64,000 bases of DNA. It comes from an uncultured Acidobacteriota bacterium. GTDB taxonomy: Bacteria > Acidobacteriota > Terriglobia > UBA7540. A program made the position numbers and the translations under genes. Shown one piece after another: positions 9,503-20,372 of the stretch. The notes below the pieces were generated by a model. It saw only the letters and a list, made by a program, of their open reading frames with translations, was not told where the DNA came from and did not search any database. How positions within the stretch are numbered: position 1 is the first letter of the stretch; each line of letters opens with the position of its first letter. Location of the stretch: contig CAWDSK010000002.1 in assembly GCA_963804995.1 (NCBI GenBank), positions 480,001 to 544,000 on the forward strand, read 5' to 3'.

Positions 9503-10195
9503 GGCGGTCTCCCCTGCAGCATCCCCAGAGAGCGCTGGCTTGTAGAACACTTCGAACAACGGGTCAGAAGTGTCGACGCACTCAATCGCGCTCCCGATCC
9601 TGAAAAGGCGTTCCGGAAAGCCGATGAACTCAGTCAACACGGCAAAGGCGGCCGCAACGCATCGACGTGCGTCGTCCGGCAGCGAGTTGATTGGTTCTGA
9701 GTGCAGGTATCGGCACCTGATCTTGTAGACGTGATTCAGTTCGGCGGCCAGACACGGCTGAAGGTAGCCCCACTCCTGAAGCGCTTTGATGTTGTCGGGC
9801 CAAGCGTTAAGAGGCCCCTTCTTCCAGAGGTGCTTTAGCCTCCGGTTGGAATGCTCGTGAAGCCGCATCCGAGCGTCATTGAGCATTCGTTCGATGGTCA
9901 CAACGGATGCGGCGAGTGCCGAGAAGTACTGCCCAAGAACGAACGTGCGCTCGATCTCCTCGATGATAGGGTCGAAGGCAACCGTCACGCGGAACCGCGG
10001 GGGTCGAAGGTCGAGGTACCTAGCCACCATCGAGTCGGTGACCAGACACTCGGGAACCATCGAGTCCAGGACTGCGTCTGCCACGTCCTTCGGCACATGA
10101 AACAGCCGGACGCTCTTTCGTGCTTCGGTCTGTCGGAAGGGACCGTCGGGCATGTAGCGCTCGCTGCCGATGGTGAGATTCACTTGGATGAACAT
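9497..10195 (-). CDS. hypothetical protein (cassette-like ORF)
   Basis: 232-aa ORF from ATG 10195 with GAGG upstream; stop codon lies inside the attC-like core. Confidence 0.6.
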   Translation of the reverse strand: MFIQVNLTIGSERYMPDGPFRQTEARKSVRLFHVPKDVADAVLDSMVPECLVTDSMVARYLDLRPPRFRVTVAFDPIIEEIERTFVLGQYFSALAASVVTIERMLNDARMRLHEHSNRRLKHLWKKGPLNAWPDNIKALQEWGYLQPCLAAELNHVYKIRCRYLHSEPINSLPDDARRCVAAAFAVLTEFIGFPERLFRIGSAIECVDTSDPLFEVFYKPALSGDAAGETAG

Positions 10196-10284
10196 TACCC
10201 CGCCTCGATTATGCGTCGGGCAAAGGCCACGGCACAAAAACGCCGCCGTAGCCCGCTGCTCCAAGTTGCGGCTCCCTCGCGAAC

Positions 10285-10689
10285 CTACCCTGCGTCGCTG
10301 TCCCATCCGTAGCGATTCCCGTCTGCGTCGAGGGGAACGATGTGAGGGATGGGCAGACCAGTTTTTTCCCGAACCGACTGGAGTATTCGGTCTTTGGTTC
10401 GTTCTCCAAAAAAGGTGGTCAGCAGAGCCTTCGTGGCGTGCAACTGGCCGCGCCGATATTCAAGCTGCGGGCTGTCCCGATACCTCGCTTCGAGATCGGC
10501 CATCATCTTTACCTGCCACTCAAGATTGCGGGTCACGATGGTAACGGCGTTTATAGAGTTTTCCATCATCGCCCGAATCATACCGGCCCTAGGGCGGCGC
10601 TCGAATTCAGCGATGCGATCAAATTCTTCCAAAACGTCTCTTGGGACGCGGAACGAAACCACTTCAACAGCTTCCCTCCTCGGTGCCAT
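10285..10689 (-). CDS. ribbon-helix-helix (CopG-like) DNA-binding protein with C-terminal extension
   Basis: VVSFRVPRDVLEEFDRIAEFERRPRAGMIRAMM fits the RHH pattern. Confidence 0.7.
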   Translation of the reverse strand: MAPRREAVEVVSFRVPRDVLEEFDRIAEFERRPRAGMIRAMMENSINAVTIVTRNLEWQVKMMADLEARYRDSPQLEYRRGQLHATKALLTTFFGERTKDRILQSVREKTGLPIPHIVPLDADGNRYGWDSDAG

Positions 10690-10695
10690 AGTTAG

Positions 10696-10725
10696 AGCAT
10701 AGTTTATAAAAGTACGAGCTGTCAA
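10696..10725 (-). promoter_or_regulatory. sigma70-like promoter, probably giving a leaderless mRNA for the RHH gene
   Basis: TTGACA-18 nt-TATGCT, 6 nt before ATG 10689; no SD sequence. Confidence 0.55.
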
Positions 10726-11094
10726 CAAGATAATAGCGGGTACGGTCAGTGCTCTCGTGACCGTGTGCTTTTCCTTTGATGACGAACCCACGGTCAATTC
10801 CAAGGACGAATTGAGAAGGGCAGTGGCGATTGACAAGTGACGAGTGACGAGTCCAACCGCGAAGATTCTTGTGTGAGGCGCCGTTCGAACGGGTGAATGC
10901 AATCCGCAGACGTAGGGGTAGGGCTCCCGACTTCGCCGGGACAGGTTGCCCTACCCGGCGTTCCGCAGGGTGAAGGCGGAACCAGGGGGCGTGTCGCCGC
11001 GGCGACTCCCCCTACACCATGCGCAACTCGATCACCGAGCGTAGGGCGTCGTTAACGGCTCTTTCACTGCGAAAAGCCGTGCGGACATCGGGGG

Positions 11095-11250
11095 TAGCGC
11101 AGGGCCCGCTCTCCGGCCCTGCGGTTCTACGAGCGGTGCGGGTCCTTGCCGCGCCGCAAACTAGATAATCCGAATTCGGTTGGGCCGCGCCGCCAAAACC
11201 ACGTCGCGGTGGAAAAGCCGCAGGGCCGGAGAGCGGGCCCTGCGCTACAA
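11095..11250. repeat. REPIN-like inverted repeat pair
   Basis: GTAGCGCAGGGCCCGCTCTCCGGCCCTGCGG ... CCGCAGGGCCGGAGAGCGGGCCCTGCGCTAC. Confidence 0.8.
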
Positions 11251-11420
11251 AGTGCCCAAGGGCTGCGGACCTACACACGGGTCTGCTACCTGGCTTCATG
11301 TTCCAACTCACCAAAGAAATGGCCTCCTGATTCAGCGGGTAGGTTTTCTCTTGAGATCCACAGTTGAACCTAATCGCTCAATAACAAAGTGGCCCGATCG
11401 GAAAAGCGGTGAGGGGTAGC

Positions 11421-11484
11421 CCACTTTTTTCGGACAATTTGCAGCCCGCCTTGCATTTTTGGGCTACCGGTAGCCCAAATCGTA
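11421..11484. repeat. GGGCTACCGGTAGCCC palindrome family
   Basis: Other copies at 21704-21759, 23124-23177 and 46249-46308. Confidence 0.8.
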
Positions 11485-11649
11485 AGCAGGGGTATTGACT
11501 TAGCCATAACAATAGTGGTTATCATAAGAGGTAGAGGCAATGGCATTCCCACGAAGCAGTGCCGAGCCTGCCATGAGTGGGACGAAGGATCGGCAGATCG
11601 GGCACCCGCGAAAAAAGCTCCCCATAAGGTGACGCTGCAATGACCTCGG

Positions 11650-11916
11650 CTCTCGCGATGTGTCGCATAATAAAGGTGTTAGCGGTTAAGACTCGAAATT
11701 TGCCGAAACCATATCTCACTCATTTAAAAAGGGTTAGCTTGAACTGCGTGAGCCGATGCGAAAAAACGCGGGGGGAAAAAATGAAGGATAGTCTCGCGAT
11801 ATTATTGAAAACAAATGGTGGCAAAATGTCGGTTTCTGGCCTTTCCACGATGTTGATGAAAACACATGAGTTAAAATCGCTCTCTCGCGATGTTGATGAA
11901 AAACAAGAGAGTTATT
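11650..11916 (+). repeat. AT-rich multi-box element (AATGAAGG + 3x GATGTTGATGAAAA-like boxes)
   Basis: Same architecture at 20100-20372 (minus) and 47240-47626. Confidence 0.75.
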
Positions 11917-12062
11917 GGAAATACGAGTGACAAGTGATGATTGCCGAGTGACAAGAAAAGACAGATTCGAAGGGCCAAATACGGGGCAGGGCAAGGTCGC
12001 GTTAGGGCCTGCGTGCAGATCAACTCGACTACCTGCAAGGCTCTCGGGGCTATGAAAAGGGG

Positions 12063-12316
12063 TTGCTCATGCAAAGGATGGAAGATTCCAGGCTGCGCCA
12101 ATTGTGGTGGCTCACCCGTGAGCTATTCAAGGTCCGCCGGGGGGCGCTGATCCGTAGAGATGTTAAAAATGAAGGTCGATCCGGCGATGTGTATGAAAAC
12201 ACGAGAGAAATGACAATTTGTCAGGCTATTTTTCGACCTTTTTTGCAGAAAATTCCGGAGTTTTGTGACAATCCACGACAATCGATCGGGATTGTGGGCG
12301 GAAAATACGCGGATTC
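12063..12316 (+). pseudogene. 3' remnant of an ANRxN-GPxTxEGK family gene with AT-rich tail
   Basis: LLMQRMEDSRLRQLWWLTRELFKVRR resembles the corrected C-terminus of 20334-21438; tail DNA is closely similar to 46803-46976. Confidence 0.6.
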
Positions 12317-12415
12317 GCCATAAATCAGTGCGTTCTAGAACCGGTGGGCGTACTATGGCGTTCCCGGAATCCCAAAGGAAATGGACTTGGAGACGGGACA
12401 CGCGGAGAATCACCG

Positions 12416-13522
12416 ATGACGATTGATCTGAATTTGGAACACCTGCCCGTTCCTCCCCGCAAAAAGGATTTTCGCATCGGCGCGGTGGGTGCCGGTTTCA
12501 TTATGCGGGACATCCATCTGGTCGCCTACCAGAATGCCGGCTTTAACGTCGTGGCCATTGCATCACGAGATCCTGCGACGGCGCGCGTGGCCGCTGATCT
12601 CCGGGGCATTCCCAAAGTTTACGACACCTGGCAGGAGCTTCTGGCTGACGATTCGATTGAAGTGCTTGATGTCGCCGTGCCGCCCCAGGCGCAACCGGAA
12701 ATTGTGCATGCCGCTCTCAAGCACCGGCACATTCGCGGCATTCTGGCGCAGAAACCTCTGGCCACGAATTACCCGGACGCCCAAGGCATAGTCGAGGCAT
12801 GTGAGGACGCCGGCGTGCGGCTGTGTGTGAATCAGAACATGCGTTACGACCAATCAATCCGCGCGCTCAAGACGGCGCTCCGGCGGGGATACTTGGGAGA
12901 GCCCGTGCTCGGCACCATTGAGATGCGCGCCATCCCGCATTGGAAACCCTGGGCGCGGGATTCCGCCCGACTGACTTTCCTGGTGATGAGCATTCATCAC
13001 CTGGATTGTTTCCGCTTCCTGTTTGGCGATCCCGAATGCGTCTACGCCAGCGCGCGCCCAGACCCGCGGACGACGTTTCCCCATCGCGATGGCGTTGTGC
13101 TCTACATTTTGGAATACCCCAATGGCCTGCGCGCCGCAGCGTGGGATGATGTCTGGGCGGGGCCCGCACTCGAAGGCGCGGCGCAGGACATCTACATTAA
13201 GTGGCGAGTGGAAGGAACCGCCGGGATGGCGCAGGGGACGATCGGCTGGCCAAGCTATCCCGCCCGCGTTCCCAGCACGATGCGGTTCACGACCCAGCAA
13301 CAACCCGGTTGTTGGATTTCGCCGACTTGGCCGCAAGTGTGGTTTCCCGACGCCTTTGAAGGGACGATGGGAGAACTGCTGTGCTCCCTCGAGGAAGGCA
13401 GAGACTCGGTCATCAGTGGGCGAGATAACCTCAACACAATTGCGCTGGTGGAGGCGTGTTATCGCTCGCTCGAACAGCATCGGCCGGTGCGACCGGCGGA
13501 AATCAAGGAGGAACACGCATGA
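12416..13522 (+). CDS. Gfo/Idh/MocA-family NAD(P)-dependent oxidoreductase
   Basis: RIGAVGAGFI Rossmann motif, LAQKPLA, VNQNMRY, MSIHHLD. Confidence 0.9.
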   Translation: MTIDLNLEHLPVPPRKKDFRIGAVGAGFIMRDIHLVAYQNAGFNVVAIASRDPATARVAADLRGIPKVYDTWQELLADDSIEVLDVAVPPQAQPEIVHAALKHRHIRGILAQKPLATNYPDAQGIVEACEDAGVRLCVNQNMRYDQSIRALKTALRRGYLGEPVLGTIEMRAIPHWKPWARDSARLTFLVMSIHHLDCFRFLFGDPECVYASARPDPRTTFPHRDGVVLYILEYPNGLRAAAWDDVWAGPALEGAAQDIYIKWRVEGTAGMAQGTIGWPSYPARVPSTMRFTTQQQPGCWISPTWPQVWFPDAFEGTMGELLCSLEEGRDSVISGRDNLNTIALVEACYRSLEQHRPVRPAEIKEEHA

Positions 13523-14341
13523 AACTCGGACTCATTAATTCCGCTTGGCTGGACTCCCCCGTGGGCACTGCGGAAGGCATCCGCCTGACCAAGGAGATTG
13601 GCTTTGACACTATCGACATCCTCGCCGACCCGCTCGAAATCGGCGTCAAAGAGCGCCGGCTCATCAAAGACACCTGCCACGCCGCCGGCCTGCCGGTAAT
13701 CAGCGTCTGTTGCTGCGCACTGGGTATCGCGGATTTCAGTCCCTCCGTCCGCCGGTTTCACATTGACCGTGCCAAGGCGCATCTGGATTTTGTTTATGAG
13801 CTCGAAGCCCGGAACCTGCTGCTGGTGTTGGGCGAATACATTTGGCAGCAGGAAGTGATTGCCCCGCGGAATCAATGGAATTGGGCAGTCGAGGCGGTCA
13901 GCGAATTGGGGAACTACGCCGCGGGGCTGGGGCTCGAAATCGCCATCGAGCTTGAACCGTTCCGGCTTTCCATTGTGAATACGCTTGCGAAAATGGTGGA
14001 ATTCTTGGATGACGTTCACGACCCCGCCGTGCGCGCCAATCTCGACATCTCTCATCTGGCGCTGGCGCACACGCCCGCGGAAGAAATTCCCAACCTCCAG
14101 GGGCGCATTGCCCACGTGCATTTTTCGGATTGCGATGGCACGAAGCACGGCGACCTGCCGCCAGGCCGTGGAGTGGTGGATTTTCGCCCCTACCTAGCAC
14201 AACTGAAGAAGGTGGGATTTGGCGGCGCCATCAGCATCGAGCTCGAAGTATTCCCCCGAGCCGGCGAAGATTGTCGACTGGGTCACAGAGGCCTATCGCG
14301 AAACCAACAAGCTGATGCTGGAGATTGGAATTCGCGGGTAG
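13519..14341 (+). CDS. sugar phosphate isomerase/epimerase (TIM barrel); 1-nt frameshift near 14248
   Basis: IELEP, NLDISH, HVHFSD, PGRGVVDF, ISIELE; corrected end YSPEPAKIVDWV...GIRG*. Confidence 0.88.
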
Positions 14342-14458
14342 CCCTATGACCATCGCGGCAATTTCGCATCGCCGCATCCGTAGCGGCGAGTTTACCTCGC
14401 CAAAGGGCGGCCTGAATCAGCTTCTGCCTCAAATTGAACCTGCTCCCCTCGAACTCGA

Positions 14459-14487
14459 TTGAAAGTTTTGGGAGATGCCGCTAAAAT
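14459..14487 (+). promoter_or_regulatory. sigma70-like promoter of rpmE
   Basis: TTGAAA-17 nt-TAAAAT upstream of AAGGAG RBS. Confidence 0.55.
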
Positions 14488-14519
14488 AAAGGATTGCCCT
14501 CGGGCCTAGAAGGAGTTCT

Positions 14520-14774
<255 letters not shown>

Positions 14775-14868
14775 GTGTGCATTGCGCGGGCGGCGGCATT
14801 TTCAGAACGTCATTCGCATTGCAGTCTAAAGCTCAAGGCTTGGCACGATCCAATTTGACCGGAGTCTG

Positions 14869-15669
14869 ATGGCTACAACTCCACCCACTGACCCCTACAT
14901 CAGCAAACCCAAGGTCTACCTTGTCGGGCGCCAGTTCGTGGCGGAGGGAGAGGTGGCGCGCTTCCTCGCAGACGAGGGAATGGTTTTCTCAACCGATGCC
15001 CCCACGGCTGCCGAGGTCCTGACTGAAATTGCCGGACGCACCTGCTACATGTCGTTTGGCAAAGGGCGAAAAAGCAATCGCGAGTATCTGGAGAACATCC
15101 TCTCCTCAAAGCACGGCAGTGTGCTGGAACACGCCGTGTGGTGCCTGCTGATTACAGGGGTCAGCCGCGCCCTTACGCACGAACTGGTCCGGCACCGCGC
15201 CGGCTTCGGCTATTCGCAACTCTCCCAGCGTTACGTGGATGAAAGCGATGCGCGCTACGTTGTGCCGCCGCTTTATCAGGAAGACTCGGCTCTGCGCGAA
15301 AAATGGCAGCAGACCATTGAGAGCATCCGCAAAGCCTATGCCGACTTGGCGGAGGCCACCACTGAATACGTGCAGCATAAGCACCCGGAAATGGCTCCAC
15401 GCGACCGGCGCAAGTGGGCGCGCCAGGCGGCTCGCTCCATTCTTCCCAACGCTACTGAAACCAAGATTTTCGTGACCGGAAATTCCCGCTCCTGGCGTCA
15501 CTTCCTCGAGCTGCGCGGCAGCGTGCATGCCGATACAGAAATTCGTCTGCTGGCCGTTGAGATCTACCGCGTCTTCAAAAAAGAATCCCCAAACATTTTC
15601 CAGGATATCGAGCTCGTGGATGAGCCCGATGGCATGCCTTCAGTCCGCGTCACGCACTCCAAGGTCTAA
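14869..15669 (+). CDS. thyX: FAD-dependent thymidylate synthase
   Basis: HGSVLEH, SRALTHELVRHR...SQLSQRY, ARSILPNATET, N.RSWRHFLELR. Confidence 0.95.
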   Translation: MATTPPTDPYISKPKVYLVGRQFVAEGEVARFLADEGMVFSTDAPTAAEVLTEIAGRTCYMSFGKGRKSNREYLENILSSKHGSVLEHAVWCLLITGVSRALTHELVRHRAGFGYSQLSQRYVDESDARYVVPPLYQEDSALREKWQQTIESIRKAYADLAEATTEYVQHKHPEMAPRDRRKWARQAARSILPNATETKIFVTGNSRSWRHFLELRGSVHADTEIRLLAVEIYRVFKKESPNIFQDIELVDEPDGMPSVRVTHSKV

Positions 15670-15681
15670 CGAGGCTCACCC

Positions 15682-17331
15682 GTGAGCACGAGCACGGTGG
15701 GAGAGCGATCTCCCGTTCCCGCCTTTGCAATCCTTCTCGGCGGATCAATCCTGACGTTTCTTTTTCTGATCGTGGCGATATCAGAACTCGGGTGGCTCCT
15801 CGGAATACCCATTCACAGTTTTGTGTTGCCCGCAGCCTTCGCAGGTTCATGCTTCGTGACCGGGTGGGGAGCGCGAAACTACTTTCGCCACCCGATCCAC
15901 ATGATCCTGGCAGTGGCCGCGCTCCTGGCCTTACTGGTGGCGGCCTCAGCTTGGATCAGCCTGGCCTTCTACGATGTCTCTTATGATGGCCAGGCGTACC
16001 ATCAGGAAGGTGTTTATCAGCTTGCCCATGCGTGGAATCCGCTCTTCGCTCGTCACATCAGTCCGCTCTCCATCTTCCGAAACGTCATATTGAATCACTA
16101 CCCCAAAGGGCCCTGGATAGTTGCAGCGTCGATGTACCGTTTAACGGGACGCATCGAAACCGGCAAGTTTGCAAACTCTCTCCTGGTGGGCGCGGCGTTT
16201 CTTATGGCGCTGGCAGTTCTCGCAGGCTTTAGAAAAAAGCTGGGCGCCTGGCCTGTGGCGATGGCCGTGCTGGTGGCGGCGAACCCGGTGGCGCTCTGCC
16301 AAATGTGCACTTTCTATGTCGATGGGCAAGTGGCCTCGCTCTTTGTCTGCCTGGCTGCCCTGTGTTTCCTGAGCGCCGCCGACAGCCATCCGTGGGTGAA
16401 CCTGTTACGGTTTGAAGCCGCCATTCTGATCATTCAGCTAAAGTTCACAGGTTTGGTGTACGTCACGGTCCTCTTCGCCGGATTTCTTGCCATGCTCGCG
16501 TGGCAGAAGCGACCCTGGCGGAAGCCCTTCTCCAGGGCGGTCCTGGCTTTGGGGATCGGGACGTTCGTCTTCGGAATGAATCCCTATGTGTTCAATATCA
16601 TCGAGAATGGCCACCCGTTCTATCCTTTTTTCGGAAGAGGAGATTTACCGAATTTCAGCCTGACGAATGATACCCCTCCGGAATTTTTGGAAGCCAACCG
16701 GGTTCGGAACCTGGCGGCTTCGATTTTCTCCACGTCCCGTGCCTGGCCGCCGGAGTCCACGCTCAAAACTCCTTGGCAAGTCGACCGTAGCGAATGGAGG
16801 CAATTTCAGGAACCTGATGTGCGGACGGGAGGATTCGGCCCCCTCTTCCCAGCGGCACTGGTGTTGTCTTTGGCGTTCCTGGCGATCTGTTTGGGGCGGG
16901 GTGGCGCCGCGCCCTGGATCGCAACAGCCACTATTCTGATAATCATTGCGTCGGTATTACCCGTCCATGCATGTTGGTGGGCTCGCTATGCCCCGCAGGT
17001 ATGGCTGGTTCCTCTGGTGGCGCTCGCGCCTCTCGGCGGTGACGAAAGACCACGCTGGCGCCGTCTTTCCTGGTTGGTATTGCTCATCCTCACTGCGAAT
17101 GTAGCTGGGATCGCCACGGTCAATTTCCGCGCCAACCTTAGCGCCACTCGCGAAATAGCCGCGAATATCCAGGATCTTCGGTCCCATGCTCCCTTTAGGG
17201 TAGCCTTCGGTAATTTCCGCTCCAGCCGTTTCCGCCTCCAGGAAGCCGGAATCCCGTTCGTCGAGGATGAAGGAATTCTGAAGTGTGATCCCGAGGTCAA
17301 AGAGTACGACAACTTCTGCATCGAGCACTAA
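15682..17331 (+). CDS. multi-pass membrane protein, GT-C glycosyltransferase-like
   Basis: About 12 TM segments; SYDGQAYH acidic loop, NHYPKG, KFTG, GHPFYPF, WWARYAP. Confidence 0.6.
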   Translation: MSTSTVGERSPVPAFAILLGGSILTFLFLIVAISELGWLLGIPIHSFVLPAAFAGSCFVTGWGARNYFRHPIHMILAVAALLALLVAASAWISLAFYDVSYDGQAYHQEGVYQLAHAWNPLFARHISPLSIFRNVILNHYPKGPWIVAASMYRLTGRIETGKFANSLLVGAAFLMALAVLAGFRKKLGAWPVAMAVLVAANPVALCQMCTFYVDGQVASLFVCLAALCFLSAADSHPWVNLLRFEAAILIIQLKFTGLVYVTVLFAGFLAMLAWQKRPWRKPFSRAVLALGIGTFVFGMNPYVFNIIENGHPFYPFFGRGDLPNFSLTNDTPPEFLEANRVRNLAASIFSTSRAWPPESTLKTPWQVDRSEWRQFQEPDVRTGGFGPLFPAALVLSLAFLAICLGRGGAAPWIATATILIIIASVLPVHACWWARYAPQVWLVPLVALAPLGGDERPRWRRLSWLVLLILTANVAGIATVNFRANLSATREIAANIQDLRSHAPFRVAFGNFRSSRFRLQEAGIPFVEDEGILKCDPEVKEYDNFCIEH

Positions 17332-17362
17332 GCCAGAAAACGCAACACGCAAGACTGGCCAG

Positions 17363-17654
17363 CGTGCCGACCTCATGGTTTTTGAATTCCCAACCTGTAG
17401 AATTCTCAAACGCCCACGTGACCCCTCACCCCCACCGCGCAAAACGTGGGGCCCCCTTCCCGCCCCGGCTGATGAAAACGCCGGCGGCGGTCCACCCTCT
17501 CCCCTCGGAGAGGGCTAGGCACCGTAAATCCCAGCCTTCTCCCAGGGGAGAAGGTGGCCGACGTAGGAGGACGGATGAGGGGTTACTTCCACGGACGGAG
17601 CGACTGAACAATTTACAACTTATAAATTCAAAAAACCATAAGGTCGGCGCTACA
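17363..17654 (+). repeat. composite MITE-like element (GTAG-type termini enclosing CCCTCTCCC hairpins)
   Basis: Inverted homologous copy at 44112-44461. Confidence 0.8.
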
Positions 17655-17671
17655 ATCGATTTCATCAACCC

Positions 17672-19639
17672 CTAAGCGCTCTTAAGGTAAGTCCAGGATT
17701 CCGGAGCAGACGGAACCGCGATCGAAATGCGGTGGCGAAACGGCGCCAATTCCTGAGCAAGCAGCCGCAGATCCTTCGGTTCAGCGTGCGTCCCCTCAGC
17801 CACCACCACCTTCACGTGCGCATCGTTCCCGTGCAGATGGCCGAGGATGCCGGCCGCCAGGCGTTTGGCACTGGAGCGGTCCAGGGCTCCTTCGATTTTA
17901 ACCAGCGTGCTGTGCAGCGCCCGTTCCATGCTGACTCGCAACTCACCGAGTTGGCCGGGGCGCAGAGCCCAGGGAGCGGTGCGATAGGCGCGCCGCACCA
18001 ACTTGGGGTGTTGGAACAAGTTGTGACGCAACGTGAATCCCGTCCAGGCGGCCGCCAGCGGCGCCAGCAACGAACGGGTACGTTCGCCCATGTTAGGCGG
18101 GCCGAGCGCAGCTCGAATCTCCGCCTCGAGCGCGGCAGCGGCTTCCGGTGTCGGTCCCGACTGCCTGGCCACGCGGAAAAGGGGATAGGCATATCGCACT
18201 TCTTCCGCCCAACGTTCGGCTTTGGCGCGCAGGTAGGGAGAGTCGGAATTGCGATAACGTTTCCAGCCCTGAAACCAGACTTCCACCGACCGCAGGATGG
18301 AGGGGCCATTCAGGCGGAAGTCCGTGTCAAAACATTCGCTCTGCAAATTCTCAATTTCGCCGGGCGTCATGGTGGGATGCTTCACCATGGAGGTAAACCC
18401 GTCGCAGGAGCGGTAATAGCGCTCCGGATCCGCCACCATGTCCGGACGCATGCGTCCCTCCTGCATCACACGGTCGTAGAAGGGGGTTCCCGGCGTGGGT
18501 CCGTAAATCAGAAACTGGGCATAAGTGGGCCGGAGCGCCAGAAATTCCCTCATCTCCTCGCGTATGATTTCCGGCGTCTGGTAGTCGAAGCCCACGATCA
18601 TGGAGGAGAGCACGGTGACGCCGTGCGAGCGTAATTCCGGAATCAATTCCTCCACCGGCTTGCCATCCTGCTTCGCGTAGCCGGAGCGTTTTCCCTCATA
18701 ACCCACCCAAACCCCGTCCACCCCGGTCTCCAGCAGTTCCTGCGGAGTGAACCGGCTCAAGGCCTTTACGGAAGCAAAAGCGAAAACGGAGATGGGCGTG
18801 CCCCGCGCGAGCACCAGCTCACGCAGGCGGATGGCGCGGTCCTTGGCGAGCAGGAAATCCTCGTCGAGAATCGCCATGCTCATGCGTGGATCGACCTCGA
18901 GGTAGCGCTCGATGACGCGAAACATGTCGTCGCCGGTGGGGAGCAGTCGAATGTGGTGGCGCTTGAAAAAGTAGGAGGTGCAGCAGAAGTCGCAGCCATT
19001 CGGGCAGCCGAGGCCGGCAAAGATCACCCCGGTGCGATCCATGGGCATGGAGAAGACTTTCAGGTCGAGCATCACCAGCGGATGATCGTAGGGCATTGGC
19101 CGCGGCGGCTCGCCGAGCAGCGCCCGGAAATAAGCCACGCCTTCTTCGCGACAGATGTGGTCGCCGTAAGGCGCCAGGGTCGCGTCGTCCAGAACCGTTC
19201 CATAACCGCCCAGGACAATCTTGGCGCGCGGCGCGTACTTGCGCACCAACGCCACTACTTCCTTCATGTGATGGAATAAAACCAGGTTGAAGGAGACGCC
19301 GACGTACTCCGGCCCCTTCTTCAATTCGCGAATCAGTTCCCGTTTCGACGGATACTGGAGCACCACGGCGGGCGCATCCAGGTTGGCGGCAATGTAGTCC
19401 AGTGCGTAGGTGAAATTCACGGAGCGGGGACTGAAGACTCCCTGCGCGCGCGTAATCTGCCCGTGCAGGACTTCATAGCCCACGCTGGGAGCGTCGCCGT
19501 GAGCGGGCCCGATGGGTCGGCATACACTGGTCAGGAGAACTTTGGGATGCCGGGGAGACGTACCCCCACCCGCCTCGCTCGCCGAGGATTCCTTCCCCGC
19601 GCGCGCGTGCGCTTCAGTCCGAGTTGTGGTCTGCATCAT
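17672..19639 (-). CDS. cobalamin-binding radical SAM protein
   Basis: GCPNGCDFC cluster motif; N-terminal B12-binding-like domain (VGVSF..KIVLGGY); DEDF; SMIVGF; PTPGTPFY; start estimated at MMQTTT. Confidence 0.85.
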   Translation of the reverse strand: MMQTTTRTEAHARAGKESSASEAGGGTSPRHPKVLLTSVCRPIGPAHGDAPSVGYEVLHGQITRAQGVFSPRSVNFTYALDYIAANLDAPAVVLQYPSKRELIRELKKGPEYVGVSFNLVLFHHMKEVVALVRKYAPRAKIVLGGYGTVLDDATLAPYGDHICREEGVAYFRALLGEPPRPMPYDHPLVMLDLKVFSMPMDRTGVIFAGLGCPNGCDFCCTSYFFKRHHIRLLPTGDDMFRVIERYLEVDPRMSMAILDEDFLLAKDRAIRLRELVLARGTPISVFAFASVKALSRFTPQELLETGVDGVWVGYEGKRSGYAKQDGKPVEELIPELRSHGVTVLSSMIVGFDYQTPEIIREEMREFLALRPTYAQFLIYGPTPGTPFYDRVMQEGRMRPDMVADPERYYRSCDGFTSMVKHPTMTPGEIENLQSECFDTDFRLNGPSILRSVEVWFQGWKRYRNSDSPYLRAKAERWAEEVRYAYPLFRVARQSGPTPEAAAALEAEIRAALGPPNMGERTRSLLAPLAAAWTGFTLRHNLFQHPKLVRRAYRTAPWALRPGQLGELRVSMERALHSTLVKIEGALDRSSAKRLAAGILGHLHGNDAHVKVVVAEGTHAEPKDLRLLAQELAPFRHRISIAVPSAPESWTYLKSA

Positions 19640-20099
19640 TGCCTCAATTGCGAGGGTTGTGAGGCCCGACTGGATTCCACCGGAGGGGGCGAAGAGTGCC
19701 ACGGGCGGCAAGATCCAACACTCTAGTGTCCATCGGGGAGTCGTCTCCGTCAAGCGAAACTTCGGTGGGGGTACCGTTTGATGTAGCGGCGGCGGAACCG
19801 GTCCCGAACTTATCGGGACGCCGACCCTTGGCGAGGTAATCTCGCCGGTCACTTCCCGATTGAAAATGTCATCGTACCCAATGCGCGTGTAGGGCGGACT
19901 TGTTTTGTAAGTCCGCGGCTTTTCCCTGCCAATAGTGAACTTGCGATTGGGCCATCGGACCATCGGATCATCAGGCCATCTATAACCAACCACGTGATCA
20001 GCCGATGGATCGATGAGCCTATGAACCGATGAGCCGGTTTTGCCTCCGCAGCCATTCATATTTCAGAATTCACCATTGAATCAATCTTGCCTCCAACGA

Positions 20100-20372
20100 A
20101 TTTCCCCTTTCTTCTCATCAACATAATGGGTTAGCGACTATAACTATCTTATTTTTCAATAATATAATGGGTTCAATGGAGACTGAAATATTTTCTACAT
20201 GTGTTTTCAACAACATAATGGGTTCAACCTTCATTTTTAATTCCCCCTTTTCTGCTGCACCAACTCCGTCGGATTCAACTAAGTTATTTAATTTCAGACA
20301 CATAGGCGTTTGGACATTTCTGCCATCCCACCCTTAAGTTCCTTTGTTTTCTAGTATATATTGGGTTAGAAG
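20100..20372 (-). repeat. AT-rich multi-box element attached to the 3' end of the ANRxN gene
   Basis: AAAAATGAAGGTTGAACCCATTATGTTGTTGAAAAC...GTTATAGTCGCTAACCCA closely matches 47485-47600. Confidence 0.78.

Noticed and set aside
19640..20059. Long N-terminal extensions in the ORF track (also 21502, 25638, 34748, 44510)
   Set aside because: They translate intergenic repeat or low-information DNA; downstream starts with an RBS, signal peptide or domain boundary fit better.
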